A stretch of 64,000 nt of DNA from Microcoleaceae cyanobacterium (GCA_051652765.1 JBOFUV010000097.1:58784-122783), one strand, 5' to 3'; counted from the stretch's first letter, positions 52,190 through 62,414 are shown. Numbers and translations: made by a program. The notes: generated by a model not told the origin, from the letters alone.

Positions 52190-54256
52190 ATGCCAGTTCT
52201 TGAACCTCAAGACCGTTTTGAATCCAGCGCGCCGATTCAGGGTGACTATTTTCTTGTCTGTGGTTTAGGAGATTTTGGGCAATATTGTGTGATGGCCCTG
52301 GGAGAATTTGGTGTTCCCATCAAAGGAATCAACTTAAACCCAGTAGAGCAGTGGGAAATCTCGAATCTACCAGACTTATTAGATGAGTTAATTATTGGGG
52401 ACTGTCGCAGAATCTCAGTCTTAGAACAGGCTCAAATTCAGCGCTGTCGGGCAGCGTTACTGGTTGCCTCCGACGAACGAGTGAATACGGAAACTGCCCT
52501 AGCCATTCGGAGGCTAAATCCCAATACCCGGTTGGTGAGCCGTTCATCAAAAGAAAATCTGAATCAACTGTTGAGTCAGCAATTAGGAAATTTTGTTGCC
52601 TTTGAACCCACGCAACTTCCCGCTGCAGCTTTTGCACTTGCGGCCCTAGGGAGTGAAATTTTAGGATTTTTTAAACTTGAGGGTCAACAGGTGCATGTGA
52701 TCCAGCGTCAACTTCAGCCCGATGATCCTTGGTGTCAGCGCTCCTCGTTGCAAGACTTAAATAGTCGTACCCGTCGAATTCTTTGCCATATTCTACAGGA
52801 AACACCAATCTCTCCGACGATCCACGGCTGGGAACCGACAAACCGTCCTCAACCAGGGGATATTGTCACCTATCTAGAAATCCCTGGTCGCTATACCACT
52901 GAATCTCTGCAAGGCTCTCCCGCTCCGCGACAACAAACTAGAAGTTGGCAACGTTGGGTCGGAGCTTTGCGCTGGAGCAACTTGAAAGAACAACTGTTGG
53001 GATTCTGGAAAATGGGGGAAGAGCGGCCTCTCCGACGAGCCGCCGTGGTTTATGGTGCGATTGTCATTTTACTGCTGTGGATTGGAACAATCCTCTTCCA
53101 CGGCTTTTATACTGAGTCTACTTTTCCGAGTGCGTTCTATGGTGTTGTCATCCTGCTGTTAGGGGGCTATGGGGATCTGTTTGGCGAATTTGAACCCTCT
53201 GGTCTAACTCCTGGCTGGTTAAAGTTCATTGCCCTGGGATTTACCTTGGCTGGCACAGCTTTAGTTGGGGTGCTTTATGCCTTATTAACAGAAGCACTGC
53301 TCAGATCTCGCTTCCAATTTATTCCCCGACGACCCCCAATTCCCTCGGCCAATCATTCTATCGTTGTGGGGTTGGGGCGGGTAGGCCAACAGGTTGCTGT
53401 ACTCCTGCAAGAGTTCAAGCAGTCCGTAGTGGGAGTGTCAGCCAATCAACAACTGGATCAAACCTTACTGCCTTCCATGCCCCTGGTGGTTACCAATATT
53501 ATTGAAGCCCTGAATCAAGTTAATCTGCCAACGGCCAAGAGCGTTGTTGTACTTACCGATGACGACATGCTCAACTTTGAGATTGGACTAATGGCTCGGG
53601 CCGCCAATCCTCGGTGCACCTTGGTGATCCGAACCACGGATCAAGGTCTCAGCGAACGACTCTCCCAACTGCTACCCCACTCCAGTGTTCTCTGTGCCTA
53701 TGGAGTTGCTGCCGAAGTGTTTGCTGGAGCCGCCTTTGGCGAAAATATTCTCGGTCTTTTCCGCCTAGGCAACCAAACCATTCTGGTGACGGAATATCGG
53801 ATTGAAGGAGAAGACACCTTAAATGGCTTGCTCCTCGGAGAGGCCGCCTATGGCTATGGAATCATGCCTGTTTTGCATCAGGCTGGATCGAGTCCAGCAA
53901 AATTGTTGCCATCTGATGAAGTGCGACTAGAAATAGGAGATCGCCTAGTTGTTCTAGCTACCATTGATGGGTTAAAGGCAACAGAACAGGGTAATATTGC
54001 TCAAAAAGCTTGGAAGGTGCAAGTTGAAAAAGCATTAACTTCTGACGCAGCCTTTGAAGGGGCCAATCTAATCGTACGAATCTCAGGATGTTCCTTGAAT
54101 CTGGCTCGAGACTTGATGAATAATTTGCCTGCAGCCCTCCCCGTGGGCCTATACAAACATCAAGCTTATCTCCTCGTGCAAGAACTCAGGCGTTTACAGG
54201 TAATTGCTCGGATTGTAGAAGATAGAACGTCAGGCGAGACTAGTCAAGCTGGCTAA
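52190..54256 (+). CDS. Potassium-channel-like protein with RCK (TrkA-N/C) domains
   Basis: VCGLGDFG and VVGLGRVG Rossmann motifs flanking a 2-TM pore containing GGYGD. Confidence 0.85.
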   Translation: MPVLEPQDRFESSAPIQGDYFLVCGLGDFGQYCVMALGEFGVPIKGINLNPVEQWEISNLPDLLDELIIGDCRRISVLEQAQIQRCRAALLVASDERVNTETALAIRRLNPNTRLVSRSSKENLNQLLSQQLGNFVAFEPTQLPAAAFALAALGSEILGFFKLEGQQVHVIQRQLQPDDPWCQRSSLQDLNSRTRRILCHILQETPISPTIHGWEPTNRPQPGDIVTYLEIPGRYTTESLQGSPAPRQQTRSWQRWVGALRWSNLKEQLLGFWKMGEERPLRRAAVVYGAIVILLLWIGTILFHGFYTESTFPSAFYGVVILLLGGYGDLFGEFEPSGLTPGWLKFIALGFTLAGTALVGVLYALLTEALLRSRFQFIPRRPPIPSANHSIVVGLGRVGQQVAVLLQEFKQSVVGVSANQQLDQTLLPSMPLVVTNIIEALNQVNLPTAKSVVVLTDDDMLNFEIGLMARAANPRCTLVIRTTDQGLSERLSQLLPHSSVLCAYGVAAEVFAGAAFGENILGLFRLGNQTILVTEYRIEGEDTLNGLLLGEAAYGYGIMPVLHQAGSSPAKLLPSDEVRLEIGDRLVVLATIDGLKATEQGNIAQKAWKVQVEKALTSDAAFEGANLIVRISGCSLNLARDLMNNLPAALPVGLYKHQAYLLVQELRRLQVIARIVEDRTSGETSQAG

Positions 54257-54847
54257 GGCAATTAGGCCAAAGGTGAAAATGATGCCTCCAGAAATCCAGT
54301 TAATCCACTGAAGACGGCGATCGCTCAACTGCTCCCGGAGAAGATCAACACTCCCTGTTAGCAGAGACCACCACAAAGCCGAGCCTAAAAATACCCCGAG
54401 CACCAAAACTCCTGCATCTGAATAATGATGGGCTGTACTAGCCAAGCCCAATCCCGCAAATACAGCGATAAATGAAAGAATAGTGGTTGGGTTTGTCAGG
54501 GTGAGAAGAAATGTAGAGGCATAGGCGCTGGCAATCTGGCTTGAAGTCACAGCCTCCCTTGCAGGCTTTTCTAATCCTGTTTTTACGCCAAGATAGCATA
54601 GAAAAACGCCTCCAAGTAATCTGATCCAGAAGCTCTGACCCACGAGAATATTTGAAACCAGGGTCAGCCCAAACCCTGCAACACCCCCGTAGACTGCATC
54701 TGCACTAGCAGCCCCTAAACCAGACATCAATCCTGTCATCCGGCCATGGGCGAGAGTCCGACGAATACACAGAACACCAATTGGCCCAACTGGGGCCGCA
54801 ATTGAGAGACCGATCAACACCCCCTTGATCAAGAAGCCACTCTCCAT
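54230..54847 (-). CDS. LysE-family translocator
   Basis: SIAAPVGPIG..GLGAASADA..LTLTNP..GSALWW. Confidence 0.92.
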   Translation of the reverse strand: MESGFLIKGVLIGLSIAAPVGPIGVLCIRRTLAHGRMTGLMSGLGAASADAVYGGVAGFGLTLVSNILVGQSFWIRLLGGVFLCYLGVKTGLEKPAREAVTSSQIASAYASTFLLTLTNPTTILSFIAVFAGLGLASTAHHYSDAGVLVLGVFLGSALWWSLLTGSVDLLREQLSDRRLQWINWISGGIIFTFGLIALASLTSLA

Positions 54848-55106
54848 CTTTCTCTCTCCTTAACTTTTCTGACCTCAATAAAAATGGGCTATGGCAATCA
54901 TGACTGATTGCTACAGCAGGAGGAAGAGATATTAACCATCATCGTTTGCATTAGCAAAGATTTTAAAGTCCCCAAAAGTCCCCAAAACTGGAGACTTTTA
55001 GGCCGAGAGAGCTTGAACAATAGCCGACTCGACTTGTGTACGGTAGCCTTGATCAAGAAGGGTTAATTCAGGGACTTATCCCAATCCAGAACTGGGGTAT
55101 AAAAGA

Positions 55107-55682
55107 TCAACCTGCAACTTTCAGGAGTTCTACGTCGAAGATCAAGGTTGCATTGGGAGGAATTACGCCTCCAGCGCCTCGTGCGCCGTAGCCTAATTCA
55201 GCAGGAATGATTAACTTGCGCCGTCCGCCAACTTGCATTGTAGCAACCCCTTCATCCCAGCCTTGGATCACCTGACCGACTCCAATCTTGAACTGAAAGG
55301 GCTGGTTGCGATCGCGAGAGCTATCAAATTTCTTCCCATCTTCCAAGGTTCCTGTATAGTGCACTACAACCGTTTGACCAGATTGTGGGGATGGCCCTTC
55401 TCCGACTTGTAGGTCAACATACTGTAAGCCAGAATCCGTCGTTACAATTTTTTCTTCAGAATTTGTCATGGTTTGAGTCAATGTGGTGTTTGCTTGGGCA
55501 ACAATTTCTCGCCCAAGCAGGGGATTACGGGGGGTTGCCATCGCTTGAGTTTCCACAGCAACGGCTTGCTGAGAAACGGGGTTAGCTGCTTGAGCCGTCG
55601 TACTGGATGTCGTGAATTGAGACACAATCAGGACTAAGCTGCAAGCAATCACAACCCCTAAACTGATCAAGATTTCTCGCAC
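55107..55682 (-). CDS. FKBP-type peptidyl-prolyl isomerase
   Basis: [42 protein letters not shown]. Confidence 0.96.
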   Translation of the reverse strand: MREILISLGVVIACSLVLIVSQFTTSSTTAQAANPVSQQAVAVETQAMATPRNPLLGREIVAQANTTLTQTMTNSEEKIVTTDSGLQYVDLQVGEGPSPQSGQTVVVHYTGTLEDGKKFDSSRDRNQPFQFKIGVGQVIQGWDEGVATMQVGGRRKLIIPAELGYGARGAGGVIPPNATLIFDVELLKVAG

Positions 55683-55799
55683 GGTACATTCTCCTTTGTT
55701 GGCTATCGTTGCGTTTGAACTAGGACTCCTAGCAGTAAAATTTCAGTTAGATCGTCCTAGGCCAACGCCCAACCTTTTCACTTTACCTTGCTCTTGTTC

Positions 55800-56123
55800 C
55801 TATCGCCACTGACGATTTTCTAAATCTCGAAGCTGTCGCTCTAATCGATCTAAGCGACCCCGCAATTCATCCAGTTCTGTTTGACGGGGAACTCCAATAT
55901 CCTGCATAACATTCCGCATTTGACGCTGCATCAATTCCTCAAAATTTCCCTGTTCAGCTTTAAGCCGCTGGGTCATTTCATCCATGAAGCGAGTCGCATC
56001 CTCAGGATTGAGTGTTCCTTCTTTGACCCATTTATCAGTTACTTCTTGTAATTTTTCTGCAACAAGAGAGGTTGTGCCGATTCCCAGCATGAGCAGTTGT
56101 TTGAGAAAGTTATTATTATCCAT
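55800..56123 (-). CDS. Phasin-like family protein
   Basis: LLMLGIGTTSLVAEK..WVKEG..ELDELRGRLDRLE coiled coil. Confidence 0.75.
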   Translation of the reverse strand: MDNNNFLKQLLMLGIGTTSLVAEKLQEVTDKWVKEGTLNPEDATRFMDEMTQRLKAEQGNFEELMQRQMRNVMQDIGVPRQTELDELRGRLDRLERQLRDLENRQWR

Positions 56124-56286
56124 GTTGTTCCTTAGAGTCAGTCGCGATCACCCATCGGTTTAGTGTGAGTCAAAGGTCTTATAAAATGGGTCTAATCTCT
56201 ATTTTCAGGTATTCTACCCTGATTGTCTCTTCTCGCAACCTCAAAGCTCTAGGGCTCAACAAGTTTTCTGGGACTTGATGAGCTGC

Positions 56287-56649
56287 TCAAAATATGGACA
56301 GAAGTATACTGGCAATCACCAGACCCAGAAGAACAAACCAGACAAGATTTTGTTGAAGCCAGGATTTTAGCATCGGGGCTATTCCCGACTGGGTTGATAA
56401 GGTATCTGATAAAGCTGCCTGGGAGGTATCTTGGTAAAGTGTACAGTCTTTCGCAAACGGGCGCTGAGGAAAGTTGCAGGTGTCGTCTTCATGGTAGAGG
56501 CAAGTTTCACAGAGGAACGCTTCGCCCGAGGCTCGATGCAGAGGAATGCCGGGATGGCCAAATGCCTTAAGCTGCAATTTGCAGGAGGGGCAAGTGATCG
56601 CTTGAGAGGTGACGAACTGCTGACACCGAGGACAATTGGGCATGTTCAA
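56287..56649 (-). CDS. Zinc-ribbon / Cys-rich protein with C-terminal TM anchor
   Basis: CPRC..CPSC, CETC..C..C, hydrophobic C-terminus. Confidence 0.75.
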   Translation of the reverse strand: MNMPNCPRCQQFVTSQAITCPSCKLQLKAFGHPGIPLHRASGEAFLCETCLYHEDDTCNFPQRPFAKDCTLYQDTSQAALSDTLSTQSGIAPMLKSWLQQNLVWFVLLGLVIASILLSIF

Positions 56650-56681
56650 CTCAGATATATCTAATTAAATTAAATTAAATT

Positions 56682-56719
56682 AAAAAGCCAGGAGCTGTCC
56701 TTCAGAAAGCGTCCTGGCT
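56682..56719 (-). terminator. Intrinsic terminator after sigA
   Basis: Minus strand agccaggacgct..agctcctggct followed by a T-run. Confidence 0.7.
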
Positions 56720-56740
56720 ATTGATACTGAGCCTAGAGGC

Positions 56741-57913
56741 TTAACGGATGTATTCTTTCAGAATGCTATTGCGATTGGGATGACGCAATTTGCGAAGCGC
56801 TTTTGCTTCAATCTGGCGGATGCGCTCGCGAGTGACGTTAAAAATTTGGCCGATTTCTTCTAGAGTTTTCATTCGACCATCATCCAATCCATAACGGAGC
56901 CGCAACACATCCCGTTCCCGAGGACTCAGAGTATCGAGAACACTCTCCAAGTCTTCCCGCAACAAGCTCTTAGAAACCTGATCTTCAGGGGTTTCACCAT
57001 CTGACTCAATGAAGTCTCCCAGACGGGAGTCTTCTTCTTTACCGATGGGAGTTTCCAGCGAAATTGGGAGTTGCGCTGACTTGGCAATAAATCGCAACTT
57101 TTCAATGGTCATTTCCATCCGAGTTGCGATCTCTTCCTCCGTTGGCTTGCGTCCCATTTCCTGAGAGAGTAGCTTGGTGGTTTTCTTGATGCGGGAAATG
57201 GTTTCATACAGGTGAACTGGCAGCCGAATCGTCCGAGACTGATCTGCGATCGCCCGAGTAATCGCCTGACGAATCCACCAAGTTGCATAGGTGCTGAACT
57301 TGTAGCCCTTTTCGTGGTCAAACTTCTCAGCCGCCCGAATCAGACCTAGACTCCCCTCTTGAATCAAATCCTGGAAGGATAGCCCCCGATTCATATACTT
57401 TTTAGCAATGGAGACAACCAAACGCAGGTTGGACTGTACCATTTTGTCCTTTGCCCGTCTTCCTAAGAAAAGACGACGACGAAACTCGGACAATTGCATG
57501 TCCACCGCGCTTGCCCATTCTTGATCATTGGGTTCACGATGATGATGTTCTATCAATCGTTCCCGTATCCGCTCCAACTCCAGCAAATCTGCAATCTTGC
57601 GAGCGAGTTCGATCTCTTCATCTGCCCTCAATAGCCGAATCCGACCAATTTCTTGCAGATAAAGCCGAATTGAGTCTTCAGTGTAAGGCTTTTTCTTGGG
57701 CTGAGCACGACGACGAGACTTGCTAGCTCGGCTAGACTTGCCATCCTCCTCTTCTTCAAGCTGCGAGTCCAGATCGTCTTCTGCACCATCCTCAGCGTCT
57801 AACAGCAAATCAAAATCAGTGCTGGTTCCGGGATCAGATGAACCTTCAAGCAACTCAGTTGCTTTTACTTCAGGCTGAATAGTGGTTGCGAGTCCGTTAT
57901 TCATATGAATCAT
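56741..57913 (-). CDS. sigA: Principal sigma factor SigA/RpoD
   Basis: [60 protein letters not shown]. Confidence 0.97.
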   Translation of the reverse strand: MIHMNNGLATTIQPEVKATELLEGSSDPGTSTDFDLLLDAEDGAEDDLDSQLEEEEDGKSSRASKSRRRAQPKKKPYTEDSIRLYLQEIGRIRLLRADEEIELARKIADLLELERIRERLIEHHHREPNDQEWASAVDMQLSEFRRRLFLGRRAKDKMVQSNLRLVVSIAKKYMNRGLSFQDLIQEGSLGLIRAAEKFDHEKGYKFSTYATWWIRQAITRAIADQSRTIRLPVHLYETISRIKKTTKLLSQEMGRKPTEEEIATRMEMTIEKLRFIAKSAQLPISLETPIGKEEDSRLGDFIESDGETPEDQVSKSLLREDLESVLDTLSPRERDVLRLRYGLDDGRMKTLEEIGQIFNVTRERIRQIEAKALRKLRHPNRNSILKEYIR

Positions 57914-58775
57914 TCCGCGTTCCTAGTGCTCCTTAATGCAAGAGTTGATCCTTGATAGGAGTGAATCTGTTTACAGGACAAAAAGCTCTAAGTTAGCTAA
58001 TTGCAAAGCCAACGAGTCAATGCTTGGAATAATAACTATCATCCAAACATCAACCTTAAGCCAACAAAACACCTCGGGGTGTGGACAAGATTTAAATTAA
58101 ACCTCTCCGATTGTAGCCTCTCTCACAAAAAATGCACGCTTTCAAGAGAATTAACACTCCCCTCATGGGTTAAGAGCACTAGGACTTAACAACAAGGAAA
58201 ACTCAAATGGGAGCTTATCTCTTCAGCGACTGAGGAAATTCCAGCAGTTAAATTAAGTTACACAACAAAGACAGTTCTAAATCATATAACTTTGACTAGT
58301 TTGCGAATAAGCCCTTCCAGATTTAACCCTTGAACTAAATTACTATCGAGCAACTTATCGCAAACTATAACCTTCTACTGTACTTTCATCCAATTTGTGA
58401 GTAGTAAATATACCCAGAAGGGTAACCAAAAACCTTTGAGAATGGCAGTAATGTTGCATTCTTCCGAGAGGTTAGAAGAGTCCCTAAGGACTATTATAGC
58501 AACTGCACTACACAGCCTTTTACTTTACACTAACTAAGATTTCACCTTTTTTCTGTTGAACTAAATCGGTTGAACTAATCGTGAATAAAACCGCTAGCTG
58601 ACAGGAGACAATGCCGTAGAAGCAATGAACTCCTACTCTTCTTGTAAGGTAACTCATATCTGAGAAATTGGTATCAGTAAAACGTTAAGTCACGTTAAGC
58701 TGTTGATGGCAACTTTTTTTGAGTTCTAGAGGGTGTTATCTTGAACTTTAGTTCAATATTAATTCAAGCTTTTCA

Positions 58776-59660
58776 TCAGGATTGACGTTGAGATTGAGGG
58801 TTGAGCCAACCTTCAATCCCTTCCCCGAAGAAGGATAATCCTACCACCATCGCTGTAATAGCCAATCCTGGAAATAAAGCTGTCCACCAAATCCCAGTGG
58901 GCAGTGCCTCTAGGGCAAGGCGCAGGTCATGGCCCCATTCTGGGGTTTCCTCTGGTAGTCCTAGCCCCAAGAAGCCTAGACTGCCTAAAGTGAGAATGGC
59001 ATCGGCGGCATTGAGGGTAAATAAGACCGGAACGCTTTGAATCACATTGGGAAATAGATAACGAGCCAAGATTCCCCAGGTTCCCGCCCCAAGGGCCTGT
59101 GCAGCCTGAACAAATAGCTCTGTTTTGACGCTGATGGTTTGATTGCGAACCACTCGATAGTACTGGGGAATATAAGCAATGCTCAGGGCGATCGCCGCGT
59201 TCAGAACTCCTCGCCCCACCACAAACGCCAGGGTAATGGACAGAAGCAATCCCGGCAAGGTATAAATTGTATCCATCAGGAACAGCAACAGCCGATCCAT
59301 TCGTCCTCCCCAATAGCCACTGAGCAGCCCTAGGGGTACTCCAATGACCAAGCTCAAAGCTGTCGCCAAGGTCAAAACTTGCCATGCAGCTTGGGTTCCA
59401 AACAATGTCCGGGAGAAAACATCATAGCCCTGACGACTGGTGCCAAACCAGTGATCAACCGAAGGCGGATGATGAATCGGATTTTCCAGAAATTCAGTGG
59501 GGCTTTGGATCAGGCCCCAATATTGAAAGACTGGAGCGAGTAAGGCAATCAAACCAAAGCAACTAGTAATCCCCAAACCAATCCACATCATCTGAGTCGA
59601 AAGCGTTGCGCGTTTCCAGTCAGCGAAAAACCCAGAGAGCGGAAATTTGATAGTTGCCAT
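58776..59660 (-). CDS. Peptide/nickel ABC transporter permease (DppC-like)
   Basis: HWFGT..GYDVFSR, FVQAAQALGA, LGFLGLG..PEWG. Confidence 0.92.
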   Translation of the reverse strand: MATIKFPLSGFFADWKRATLSTQMMWIGLGITSCFGLIALLAPVFQYWGLIQSPTEFLENPIHHPPSVDHWFGTSRQGYDVFSRTLFGTQAAWQVLTLATALSLVIGVPLGLLSGYWGGRMDRLLLFLMDTIYTLPGLLLSITLAFVVGRGVLNAAIALSIAYIPQYYRVVRNQTISVKTELFVQAAQALGAGTWGILARYLFPNVIQSVPVLFTLNAADAILTLGSLGFLGLGLPEETPEWGHDLRLALEALPTGIWWTALFPGLAITAMVVGLSFFGEGIEGWLNPQSQRQS

Positions 59661-59707
59661 GGAGAGGTTTACAAAGGGTTGCTAGACAATATCATCGCCC
59701 TAAAACA

Positions 59708-59745
59708 CTAAAGCTCTCTTCTATGATTTTTGAAGAGAGCTTTAG
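59708..59745 (-). terminator. Hairpin directly downstream of 5S rRNA
   Basis: ctaaagctctcttc-N10-gaagagagctttag, 14-bp perfect arms. Confidence 0.75.
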
Positions 59746-59754
59746 GTAATATTA

Positions 59755-59872
59755 TCCTGGCATCGTGCTATTTTCCCAAGCAACTACCCACTAAGTATCT
59801 TTGCCGTGTCAGCGTTTCACATCCGAGTTCGGGATGGATCGGTGTGGTTCCACTGAGCCATAGACACCAGGA
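59755..59872 (-). rRNA. rrf: 5S rRNA, stand-alone (no 16S/23S adjacent)
   Basis: Minus strand tcctggtgtctatggc..ggaaccac..ccatcccgaactcgg..gtgaaac..aaaatagc..gatgccagga, 118 nt, with paired ends. Confidence 0.95.
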
Positions 59873-59956
59873 AAGTCCTAAAATATTTTTGACCTATTTG
59901 CCGAAAGAATTAGTTAAGACTTAACCTTTTCTTATCTGCTTTCAGTCACTTTACTA

Positions 59957-59985
59957 AGTATGCTTGGTTCTTCTAAAAATGTCAA
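59957..59985 (-). promoter_or_regulatory. Sigma70-type promoter for the 5S gene
   Basis: TTGACA-17 bp-CATACT on the minus strand, about 85 nt upstream of the 5S 5' end. Confidence 0.7.
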
Positions 59986-60121
59986 CCCCCTTCCGAATAG
60001 ATTTTCAAGCATACTGATTGGAACTCCAGATCTCAAACCGGCTCTGAACCCATCACAAGGAATAATTCTAGAAAAAAAGTTGAGAAAATCCTCCCGGAAC
60101 CCTCAAAGTTTCTTAAAATAT

Positions 60122-60149
60122 TTTCATAAACGCTTCACTTTAGCTTCAC
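60122..60149 (+). promoter_or_regulatory. Three direct repeats with 11-bp period upstream of the RND operon (OmpR-family box candidate)
   Basis: tttcat-N5-cttcac-N5-cttcac. Confidence 0.4.
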
Positions 60150-60216
60150 AGTAAGTTAGTGGTGAGGTGATATCAGTGATTCCATCTACCCCGCACTTGA
60201 GAGGAATAAAGCGATT

Positions 60217-61977
60217 ATGGCTCAAACGCCGCCGACCTCCTCTGATTCACAACCTTTGAGTCAGCCGGAATTTCAAGATGTTCAAGGCCCCTCGTCTCAA
60301 GAACCTGTATTGACTTCTTCCCGCAATCGTTGGTTGGGACTATTGCTCACTGCCCTAGTTTTGGGTGGAGGAATTACCGCTTGGCAATTGTTAAGAGGTT
60401 CGGAGGCCGAACCTGCTTTGTCTAAAGGTCAAGAACCTCCGCCGCGACCCGTTACGGTGGCGAGTCTGAAAGCCGAAACTCCTGTTCAGAACCTGAAGCT
60501 CATCGGTCAAGTCGAAGCCAGCGAACAAGCTACCATCCGCGCCCAGGTGGACGGGTCAGTGCAACAGGTTTTAGTCAAGGTCGGCGATCGCGTCACTCCT
60601 GGAACAACTGTGGCGATCCTAGATGACACCGATCAACAATTGGCTCTCCGGGAAGCCGAAGCCCGACTAGCGACTGAACGCAGTAAGTTGGCAGAGCTAC
60701 AAGCAGGAACTCGTTCCGAGGTTCTGACTCAGCGCCAAGCTCAACGGCAAGCGGCTCTCACCCGTGAGCAAGAAGCTAAAAATTACTGGCAACAAACCCA
60801 AGCACTTGCGCCAAAGTTAATCGCCCAACGACAGGCAGAGTTGCAAGGGGCAGTGGCGCGGGAACAAGAGGCCCGCAGTAACCTAAAACCCTCTCAGGAA
60901 CTTGCCCCCAAACAAATTGCCCAACGACGAGCCGAACTCCAATCGGCGATCGCCCGTGAGCAAGAGGCAAAAGATAACCTACAGCGGATTGCCGGTTTGG
61001 TCAAAGAAGGGGTTCAATCCCAGCGATTTCTGGTCGAAGTTCAGTCCAGTGTCGATCGGGCCATTGCTGACCGGTTGGGCGCAGAGTCCTCATTAACTGC
61101 GACGGAAAATGAAACCCAACAAGATTTAATCGCTGCTAGAGCCAATATTGACACAGCAATCGGAGAACGGCTAGAGGCAGAAGCTGCCTTAGCTACCGTT
61201 GAGACTGAGAACCAGCGAAATATTGCCAGTGCCAGGGCCGCTTTGGATGGAGCAACGCAAGACCGGCTCCGGGTAGAAGCAGAACTCTCAGAAGCGCAAG
61301 CAGGGCCACGGTCAGAGGAAATTGCCGCTCAACAGAGTGTTGTCAAAGCAGCAGAAGCGGCAGTGAATCAGGCAAGAGTGAACCTACAACGCGCTGAAAT
61401 CAAGGCCCCCACTGCGGGAGTGGTGCGATCGCGAGCGGTGAGTGTCAGCGATTACGTTGAAAGCAGCGATCCAATTCTCACCTTGGTGAGCGGAGAACGA
61501 CTGGATATCTTCCTAGAGGTGCCAGAAGCCCTGAGTGGTCAAGTTACTCCGGGGCTGCCGATCCAGTTAACGACACGGGCTCTACCCGACTGGAGTCAGG
61601 TGGCTCGAATTTCAGCCGTTGTTCCGGCCACAGATTCCACTTCCCGCCGTCAAATGGTACGGGTGAATTTGGACAACCCCTCTCAGGATTTACTCCCTGG
61701 GATGGCGGTTCAGGGGGATTTAGACCTGCCGATAGCGGTTGCTGGAAATCGGGTCAGTTTCACAGTTTCTCGGGATGCTTTAGTTCGTCGCGGAGAAGAA
61801 TGGTTATTGTTCACGATTACTGACAATACGGTAAAGCAGCTCAGCGTTGAGCTTGTGGCTGACCTAGGAGAAAATATGGCGATCGCTCACGAACAGTTAC
61901 AAGAAGGCCAAAAAATTGTCCTCAAGGGCGGAGACGGATTGCGAGACGGTAACACAGTCAAGGTAATTGAGCCATGA
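60217..61977 (+). CDS. RND efflux periplasmic adaptor with extended alpha-hairpin
   Basis: TM anchor, IRAQVDGSV..VKVGDRV lipoyl half, IKAPTAGVV, LLPGM. Confidence 0.92.
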   Translation: MAQTPPTSSDSQPLSQPEFQDVQGPSSQEPVLTSSRNRWLGLLLTALVLGGGITAWQLLRGSEAEPALSKGQEPPPRPVTVASLKAETPVQNLKLIGQVEASEQATIRAQVDGSVQQVLVKVGDRVTPGTTVAILDDTDQQLALREAEARLATERSKLAELQAGTRSEVLTQRQAQRQAALTREQEAKNYWQQTQALAPKLIAQRQAELQGAVAREQEARSNLKPSQELAPKQIAQRRAELQSAIAREQEAKDNLQRIAGLVKEGVQSQRFLVEVQSSVDRAIADRLGAESSLTATENETQQDLIAARANIDTAIGERLEAEAALATVETENQRNIASARAALDGATQDRLRVEAELSEAQAGPRSEEIAAQQSVVKAAEAAVNQARVNLQRAEIKAPTAGVVRSRAVSVSDYVESSDPILTLVSGERLDIFLEVPEALSGQVTPGLPIQLTTRALPDWSQVARISAVVPATDSTSRRQMVRVNLDNPSQDLLPGMAVQGDLDLPIAVAGNRVSFTVSRDALVRRGEEWLLFTITDNTVKQLSVELVADLGENMAIAHEQLQEGQKIVLKGGDGLRDGNTVKVIEP

Positions 61978-62414
61978 AGTTTCAACGATATTTTCCATTG
62001 ATTGGTCGAATTCTGTTGTCCCTGACGTTTTTCTATGGTGGCATCAAGAACTTTTTAGGTTATGAAGCAACACGGGACAGTATTGCTGCGCTGCTACCCT
62101 TTCCAGATCTGGCTCTGATTGGCAATATTATTTGTTGCCTGGTTGGAGCCATGTCTCTCGTTCTTGGTTTTAAAATTAGGTGGGGAGCGACGCTCCTGAT
62201 TATTTTCTTAATTCCGACCACCTTAGTCTTTCACAACTTCCTGGCTGATCCCAGTGAAACCATTCCGTTTTTAAAGAATCTAGGATTTATTGGTGCAATG
62301 TTCTACATCGCTTATTTTGGTGCAGGGCCAGCCAGTTTAGATCACTCCTTGGATAACAGTTCAAATGGTTTAAGTCGAAACTTCGACACCAACCCCCACA
62401 ATCCACTGCGCTGA
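61974..62414 (+). CDS. DoxX family membrane protein
   Basis: GRILLS..FLIPTTLVFH..FLKNL..GAGPASLD; ATGA overlap with the adaptor gene. Confidence 0.9.
   Translation: MKFQRYFPLIGRILLSLTFFYGGIKNFLGYEATRDSIAALLPFPDLALIGNIICCLVGAMSLVLGFKIRWGATLLIIFLIPTTLVFHNFLADPSETIPFLKNLGFIGAMFYIAYFGAGPASLDHSLDNSSNGLSRNFDTNPHNPLR

Noticed and set aside
59730..60154. Two 64-aa plus-strand ORFs
   Set aside because: They overlap the 5S rRNA and its promoter and show no protein features
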